This document shows positions 20,990-28,396 of a DNA stretch of 28,396 nucleotides, piece by piece. Below the pieces are notes generated by a model, which saw nothing but the letters and a program-made list of their open reading frames with translations, did not search any database and was not told the DNA's origin. This stretch comes from Azolla caroliniana (Eukaryota; Plantae; Polypodiophyta). Location: NCBI GenBank assembly GCA_043228905.1, contig JBHGNT010000398.1, forward strand, positions 1 through 28,396, given 5' to 3'. Numbering within the stretch: the first letter of the stretch is position 1; the number at the start of each line of letters is the position of its first letter. The translations under genes and the position numbers were made by a program.

Positions 20990-23900
20990 TCATTCTTCAA
21001 AAAGAGCTTTCTGCGGAAGGATGTGATTGTGGGTCTGAAATAGGAGTTCTTCGATCTCTACTTTTGCATTCTTGAAAAGGTAAATACTTCTGGTGATCTT
21101 GTTTTCAGAGAAAACTTCGACTTCAGATAGAAAAACAGCAATAACAGGTCTGTGATCTGACACAAAAATCTCCTCGCGCTTATACAATAGTTGTTGTAGT
21201 CCTTTACCATGCCATAGTATGCGATCACACCTGCTCAACTTTCAGGGATCTGAGTTCCATCTTTGAGACAAAGGAGATATTATTTATATATAATCACAAT
21301 GTGATATGAGCTACTCGTAAATATTCCATCTTCAAACACAAAATATCATATAAAGTTAGTGGTGTAATAAAAGTGTTTAGAACGTGATACTGATTATACC
21401 AACTGTTCATGACATTTTAAGGGTTAAAAAGTAGCAACAATTTATGGATAGTTTCACATATTGGAAACATCTAAGACTGTTCATGACATTTTAACGGTTA
21501 AAAAGCAGCAACAATTTATGTATAGCTTCACAATTTATTGTCTGGGCTAGAAGTGAAACATGGAAACAATAACAGATATACTGGAATGAAAGAAACATCT
21601 TTCAGTCAAGCGCATACCAGGCTGGTGAACGCCGCTTCTCTCCAGGTTTTGCATGTTGTCCAGCATATTGATTGGAATCGATCTCATATTTGTATGTTGG
21701 GGGGAAATCTATGGGACCTTCAAACCATCCATCAAATGTTCCACCTTTCCTCATTTCGTTTTTGAGCTGCAATAGAGAAACAAAAACAAAATGGCATACA
21801 TCACAAGTCAGATATCTGGAACACTTTTGTTGCTTAGTTAGCTACTCTAAAGATTAAATAAAATTGATAGATGAACTCAAATAGAATCTGGCATTGTACT
21901 TTTAACTCTACATATTGATTCCGAGATAAAAGAAAAAGTTATCTTAAAAGTGTTCTTTAGGTATTATCAAACATACTAGTTTTTTCCCCAAGCAAGTATT
22001 CATGCTAACCCACTTGCCTGATCCTTCAGGAAAAGGGCTGTCCAATCCTCTCTTGCTATGAGAAACCGTGTTTCGCTGTCTGAAAGGTTGAGTCGGTAGT
22101 TCAGATCTCCAAGAAAGAATATCTGGCTGTCAAATTGAAGAAGGAAAGATGATTTTTAACTGCTATGACACAAATTACTAGTTCATGCATGGATGGATAA
22201 ATTCAATAAGACGATAGATACTGTCATGAGCATACACTTAGCTATACATTATTGGGGATAAGTTAAAGCTACAAAAGGCCGAAGGTCTATGTTGAGGCCA
22301 TATCCGTCTTGACTGTGGGTGAACAAAAGCCATCCAATAGCTAATATGCCTACTCAACACTTACATCAACCCCCCTAATAATATAGTTAGGGGAATAGAT
22401 CTCCACAATATATAAATGCTTGTTAGGAGTGTGGTACGATATTTCCATAATCATGCTCTTCTATATGCAAATGTCCCATTCAAGATGCAGCATATGTCAG
22501 ATCACAAATATGATTTCCTTTAATCAGAACCTAGAAGAAATATAAGAAATGAGGCTATTTCAACATACTCATGTCCCCATATGGTTTTTGGAAAAGCTGT
22601 ATGATCTGCTTTGGATGATGAGAATCGTGTACGTTTTAATATTTCCTTAACATCCGCATTCCTTCGTAGTTCATCACCTTCCTTGTCTCCAGATGTTAGA
22701 TGAGTGCACACAAAACAGAAGCTGGTCTCATGAAGCACCATACTCACAGAGACAGAACCCTGGGATCCACAAGTTGATTTTTCACTACGTGGAATCTATA
22801 CCCCATATCTTATTTGTTTTTAACATAAAAATAAAATGCAATATGTACAGCATGTCCTATGAGAGCCAGGAATTTTACATTCATGATTCGTATGATGTTA
22901 CCTCCAAAGCTCTATGAGCTGAAATTGACCCTACAAACTACTCTAATGAGAAGATGAAAAAGCTACACCGGTGCTAAACAAGACTATTAAAAAGAGATGT
23001 TAAACACAGTATACGACATACAATACATGAGGGCAGTATTTAGACACGCCACAAAGAGGGAATGAAAGCTGTATTAACGTCTATTAAAGGCCAAAATGAT
23101 CTATGAGGGCAACAAAGAGGTTTACATCATTCATTATAACCTCAATGCTAAATATAACTTCAATGCTAGTTGCAATAATCCACCCCTAATAAAACCCATA
23201 TTACCATTATCAAAAACAAAAAGACAGGGTGATTTGTTCCAACATTGTTAGCACATGCCAGTGATGATACATAAGAGACACAGATGAAGATAGAGAGAAA
23301 TGATGTCTACTAAAGGCCACAACGAGCTATGAGGGCAACTAAGAGGTTTGCATCATTGCTAAATAAAGATGAAACTTCAATGCTAGTTCCAATATCCAAT
23401 CCCTAATAAAACCCATATTACCATTACCAAAAACAAAAAAAGACACTGATTTGTTCCAACATTGTTAGCACATGCCAGTGATGATATATAAGAGACACAG
23501 ACGGAGATAGAGAGATGGATACCTTATTTCCCATACAGCCCATTATGCCAAGGCCAACAGATGAGACTGTCAGATTGTGTATAAACCGATGCAACTTCCT
23601 TCGAACCCATACTGAGATGTGTATCCCGACCATTTGTTTGCTAGCAACTCGGACATAGCGTCCTCTCCTCTTGATAGGATTAGGGTGGATCGGCAGAACC
23701 CTAGATGTTGATGAAAATGAAAATCCACAAGCCCTTGCATCATCATTGATCAACACAGAATCATGTGGGCGATCACACAAAGAGAGCCAATTCATGGTCG
23801 TTTCATTTTCACTCTTCTTTTGATGTTGTACACCAATTCGCTCAGTGCATCTATAAAATTCCACTAAATTTGGCTTTCCAAGACGCATATCTTGATAACC

Positions 23901-25845
23901 CTCCATTCTTTTTGATTCTAGAAGGGCATTATCTACCTCCACATAGCTAGTTTCTTCATCAATCAGGATGTGTTCCGCACCACTCTGTCCATTTCCGACA
24001 AATATATCGTATATGTCGGATTTGATATGTCTCGATGGTGAAGGGGGAGCACTATAAGAAGACATATGGTCCTTCAATCTTGACTTATTTAAAGTTTCCC
24101 GAATGAGTGCTTGCCATTGCACTGTCGGACCATTGTCTTCATTAACAAAGATATTGCTTGCATTCAAGGGAACAATTTCCTGGAAACTGTGAACATAAAG
24201 ATGAGTATTCATTAGCATAACATTCATTTCTATAGGTAAACCATCTATATCATGTATGTTTCCAAGGTGTATGACCAAGAAGCCCTTATATGTCAATTCC
24301 TCATAAATAAAATGCATTGTTGGCCTATCCAATCTATTTGCAGCCTCTTTAACACATAAAACCCTTCTCTTCAAGTACAAAATGAGTAAAGAAAAAAGGG
24401 ATTCTAATCCTTCAATTATCCCTACACAATATACTATATATGCTTATAATATAACCAGAGGCCCAAATTTGTTAGATAAAAAGCATGAAAGAATGTATAT
24501 GGATGGATGGATGGATGTATTGATAGATAGATAGATAGATATAGATATCCTACCCGAGTACATAGATATCAGCAGGATTATTCATTTGAAGCCAGTCTTG
24601 CAGTTCTAGTTGTGTCGGTGGTTCTCTTCCTCCAACATTCCATGTGCCAACACCTATCCTGCAATAGAAACATTCCATGCAAATTCATTAGAATCAGTAC
24701 GAAAATATAGGTTTAGAATAAATATGGAATAAGATGTTTGCATACAGGAATTCCTCCTTATGGGTGTACTCCCTTTTCAATGTTGCGGATTGCCCTCTTC
24801 TCACGGGCAAATAGTTCTTTCTTAATGGTTTATCTGCACGCATCAAATTATATATATTATATTTATGATGTATATATTATATACTATATGTTAGAGAAAA
24901 GGAGTTACGCTTGTTTTCCTTCTGCATATATTGATTTTGTGAACTCACTCACTCTCTACATAAACAAATAGTATAGAATCCTACGAGAATGCAATATGAA
25001 AAACATTTTTTCTATGTTTTTAGCTCTCTAAAGAAATCTCTAAAGCAATACTTCTTTTACATGTCAGAGGAGAGAAGTTTTCTATTATTTGACAGGTTAC
25101 ATGGATAACCTAGCTCATCTGGTATTTGTGAACATCAACATGGCATTTCCAATGGTAGTGAAAAGGAAACAAAAACTCGATCTTGGTTTATTTTCTAATG
25201 GGATGCATCATTGAGCACTTCAACTTTCTTCACATGATTTAGACTTCTTCTTTTTTCACATGTTGCAAAACTTTCTTCAACAGGCATTTAGGTAAATGGT
25301 CTACATCTTTACCAACATAATCTCAGCATCTTAAGGTAAATCCTAATAAGAGGGGAAAAGGAAATTGAAGATAACGAATTTTATATATGTATACAGATAG
25401 ATATAGTCCAAATCGATTGTTTCGTTTGAATTTTCTTATTCAGTTCATTCATGAGCATGAGACGATTATATTTTTAATGTGTTTTACCTTGAGAATATTT
25501 GGGGTATTCTTCCTCTTCAACTCCCTCTCCCTCTTCATCTTCATCTTCATCTTCATCTTCCTCTTCCTCTTCCTCCTCTTCATCTGCACTGAACTCATCT
25601 TCAATTGGTTTGTTGTTGTTGTTGAACCATTTCTTCCTTACCATATGTGGCCACAATAACTGCAAACAAGAAAAAAACAAACAAACAATCTCATGACAAA
25701 ACACAAAAAGAAAACATAAATGTTTCACAACCAGAGTTTGTTTGTTTGTTTGAATTGAAATCTAATGCAATAAATTTAACAGCATGTATTTCTTTACCTT
25801 CGACATTTTGCTTCTATCTCTCTCTTTCTCTGCAAATGAAGGCAT
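20990..25845 (-). CDS. Type I inositol polyphosphate 5-phosphatase (plant 5PTase, IP5P1/IP5P2/CVP2-like), 588 aa, 9 exons
   Basis: Exons (-): 25845-25798, 25659-25488, 24833-24746, 24658-24554, 24186-23523, 22759-22569, 22126-22018, 21766-21618, 21230-20990. They total 1767 nt in one open frame. Motifs: LWPHMVRKKWF, GTWNVGG, DIYVLGFQEIVPLNA, ASKQMVGI, GCMGNKGSVSVS, FCFVCTHLTSG, GDLNYR, FPPTYKY, PAWCDRILW, SDHRPV. Extra small exons within 24834-25487 cannot be excluded. Confidence 0.93.
21402..21532. repeat. ~57-bp direct duplication in the last 5PTase intron
   Basis: ACTGTTCATGACATTTTAA(G/C)GGTTAAAAAG(T/C)AGCAACAATTTATG(G/T)ATAG(T/C)TTCACA at 21402-21458 and 21476-21532. Confidence 0.9.
23078..23516. 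repeat. ~220-bp tandem duplication in 5PTase intron 5
   Basis: Blocks CTATGAGGGCAAC, CCCTAATAAAACCCATATTACCATTA and TGATTTGTTCCAACATTGTTAGCACATGCCAGTGATGATA each occur twice, about 220 bp apart. Confidence 0.9.
24499..24547. repeat. Compound (ATGG)n/(ATAG)n microsatellite next to the 5PTase intron 4 donor
   Basis: Directly visible. Confidence 0.9.
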
Positions 25846-25896
25846 CACTCTCTTTCTCTGCAAATGAAGGCAACCCAAATCAATTGAATTCACAAT

Positions 25897-26140
25897 TTCT
25901 ATATGTACATATGTACATACATACACACACACACAGATTCTATGTATATACATATATACATACAAATGTATGTACACACACAAACACATACAGATTCTAT
26001 GTATATACATATGTACACACACAAACACATACAGATTCTATGTATATATATACATATACATATGTACATACACAAAGATATTATGCACTCAGTTATACAA
26101 GCCATGTACATATATATATATATGTACACAGTATATACAT
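25897..26140. repeat. AT/AC-rich minisatellite (ACACACAAACACATACAGATTCTATGTATATA x3) upstream of the 5PTase ATG
   Basis: The core ACAGATTCTATGTATATA occurs three times among (AT)/(AC) runs. It explains the Y/I/H/T/C/V-rich spurious ORFs. Confidence 0.9.
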
Positions 26141-26454
26141 AATGAGGGAGAGGGAGAGACATGAGATGGCTGCTTCAAGCATTTGCAGACCGCGAGGTTG
26201 TGAGTTCGAAGCGTGGATGATGCCGTATGTGGTCTCCGAAAGAAGCGATATTATTATTAGAATAATGATCGAACCGTCAATTTGGAGAAGGAAAATATAT
26301 ATGTGGATTCGTCTGCGGGGTTGACCTTCCTGTCGGTGTAATCGCCTGAATAGGTAGTAGGTGTCTTGGTGGTCATTACTTTGGTTCCATTCGATGCAAA
26401 GATTTATTAAGACAAATGGTGTATTGGTCGCAACAAAGATGTATGCAAGGAAGT

Positions 26455-26712
26455 ATGTGAATCCGAAGCCATGACCTTCTGTCTGTCGATAACTTAAATA
26501 GGTTAAAGCTAGTGGTCGTTTCGCATTATGGATTTTGAATCCATGAAGTTCGATACCCTAAATAGGTCACTACTGGGGTAGGCTCATTGGATTACGGGTT
26601 TGAACCCCAAGATATCAATAGCCTCAATGGGCCACTTCTAGGGTGGGGTCATTTGTGTAAGGATGCGAAACCACGGTATTGATGGCCTCTATAGCCTACT
26701 CCTAGGGTAGGT
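26455..26712. repeat. Degenerate ~65-bp tandem array, ~4 copies
   Basis: Anchors CGATAACTTAAATAGGTT (~26487), CGATACCCTAAATAGGTC (26551), CAATAGCCTCAATGGGCC (26616) and TGATGGCCTCTATAGCCT (~26680) are spaced ~64-65 bp apart. Confidence 0.6.
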
Positions 26713-28396
26713 ATATGCCAATCACGAAAACGAGAAGAAGAAGAAAAAAAAACGCATTTTAAAATAAGATAGTTGTGAAAAAGAAGATGGAAAATGGGGA
26801 CAATTTTAATAAAGAAACCTTTTTAAGGAAAAGAAATATGTACATATGTGCTTTGCCTTTTTTGCTTTTGCTTTTTTTAGTGATTTAATGGCAAATCACA
26901 ATAATGGTCATTAGTCTAAGCATCCTCGTATTTTAAGCACGATCATGTCCCATCACACTTACTCAATTCCCTTTCTTTCTTCGCTTATTATTGCCTTTGA
27001 AACATCAATAGATCGAGGCCTGACAAGTTTCAAAGCTTGCCATTTATCTCACACAAGGCCGTTATATCCATATACTTGTAGATAGATAGATACGTACATA
27101 CATACATAGAATCAAATGTCGAATATCTTCAAGTTATCTTGCTTATTTAATCATCCAATGTCGATACAAATGGTCATTGCGAACCTTGTTTCTAAATCAA
27201 CGTTCTAACTCCCTATACACCTAAATGCGCCTAATTTTGTTGTGAAGTGCATTGACCTACAAAGTCTAAAACAAGGCCGGTATTTGTTATTTTAATATTA
27301 ATGGTCCACTTTTCTCTTTTGAATTTGTGTTTTGGTTTATATGCGAGGCAAAAGAGTGATTCATAATGTCCTAATGTAAAACATGCAAGCTTTTTACTTT
27401 CAATTTATATGTTTATTAATCGCCATCTTTTCAAGCTGCTCAGAGGCTTGCTCCAATTCATCAACATTTTACTATACATGCACTCGCTACATTACCTTGG
27501 AAACATTCTTCCCCCATTAACAAAAAGATTGATTCCAAACGTCAAATAGTAAAACCACTATGCTTATATTCTCTTAGATGGATCATGGTTTCCTTTTTCT
27601 TGTATTTCTTTTTTTTTTCCAAAAATGGTTTCCTTTTTCCTTCAATGTAATTCAACATTGCCAAGAAATACTATATAATACAATCATGAAGCCTTTTAAG
27701 AGATGCATTGGACGGAGTCTAATGCAAAGATACATCCGAAAAAGTTGTTTCTTTTGTTCCCCTTAGGAAAATCTCTCTCTAATGCATCATTGCATTGCAG
27801 TCACTGGAAAGCCGCGTCTTCGACATGAATTGTCATTGTTTACATGGATGGGATTTATTAAAAACCATTCATGCTAAGTGTGCTTTTCAAATGAAAAGTT
27901 TGTAGTCTCTATTACGTTCACTATTAATAATTAAGAACCACCTTAAAAAGATATTCTCAACAATGTGCTCCACTTACCTTTTAAAATATTATAGATGTTG
28001 TGTATATCTATAATAGACTAATCTATTTCCATTGTTTATGTATAATCATGAGGACATCGCATATCATTTCTTAAGCGCAATTTGCGTTGGTCTTCAATCT
28101 CTAGAGAATGACAAATATTCAACATTTGCAAAACATTTGTGTCTTCAATGCAACACTTTAAAGGTTATATTGTAAAATATGATAAAATGAAGAATTTAGA
28201 GCGTCAGATTGTGAAAACTATTATTCTTGTGGTTATCGATGTTGCCCTCATTTAAAATCTATTGAGGAGTTGGATTTCAAGCTCATCAAATCTTGATGCG
28301 CTCCATTTAAAGTCAGATACACTATTGTTATGTCGTGAAAAACATATAATGTTTATAATATCTATACTTTATAAAATTTGTTCCTCAAAGAAATTC

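Noticed and set aside
24909-25119. Candidate extra 5PTase exons (24955-24909 and an 18-nt microexon near 25118-25101)
   Set aside because: The 47-nt candidate introduces a stop or frameshift. The microexon is frame-neutral but unsupported, and exons 2 and 3 already join in phase.
25647-26324. 225-aa + strand ORF and neighbouring Y/I/H/T-rich ORFs
   Set aside because: They run through the AT/AC minisatellite and antisense to 5PTase exon 1, so they are low-complexity artefacts.
26455-26712. ~65-bp periodicity as a CRISPR-like array
   Set aside because: The context is eukaryotic, the units are diverged along their whole length rather than constant repeat plus unique spacer, and no cas genes are present.

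Overview
AT-rich eukaryotic nuclear DNA from a land plant. The long strict-PLS PPR ending in a clipped E2 motif suggests a fern or other seed-free plant, but this is inference. Three protein-coding genes can be reconstructed. (1) An intronless PLS-class PPR-E organellar RNA-editing-type gene at 1940-5080 (+), with no DYW domain. (2) A 3-exon LURP-one-related/Tubby_C_2 gene at 11825-13201 (+), 190 aa. (3) A 9-exon type I inositol polyphosphate 5-phosphatase at 25845-20990 (-), 588 aa, which includes one GC-AG intron. The intergenic DNA holds a 438-bp hAT-type MITE with a perfect 8-bp TSD, a 5'-truncated and 5'-inverted L1 LINE, decayed Ty3/gypsy and Copia fragments, microsatellites and local tandem duplications. 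The most interesting structure is the PPR gene. It lies between a left hAT TIR (1088) and a second, orphan right TIR of the same family (5692), and the whole block interrupts what looks like one collinear gypsy pol remnant. This is a candidate Pack-hAT or otherwise TE-mobilised RNA-editing factor, although no outer TSD is visible.
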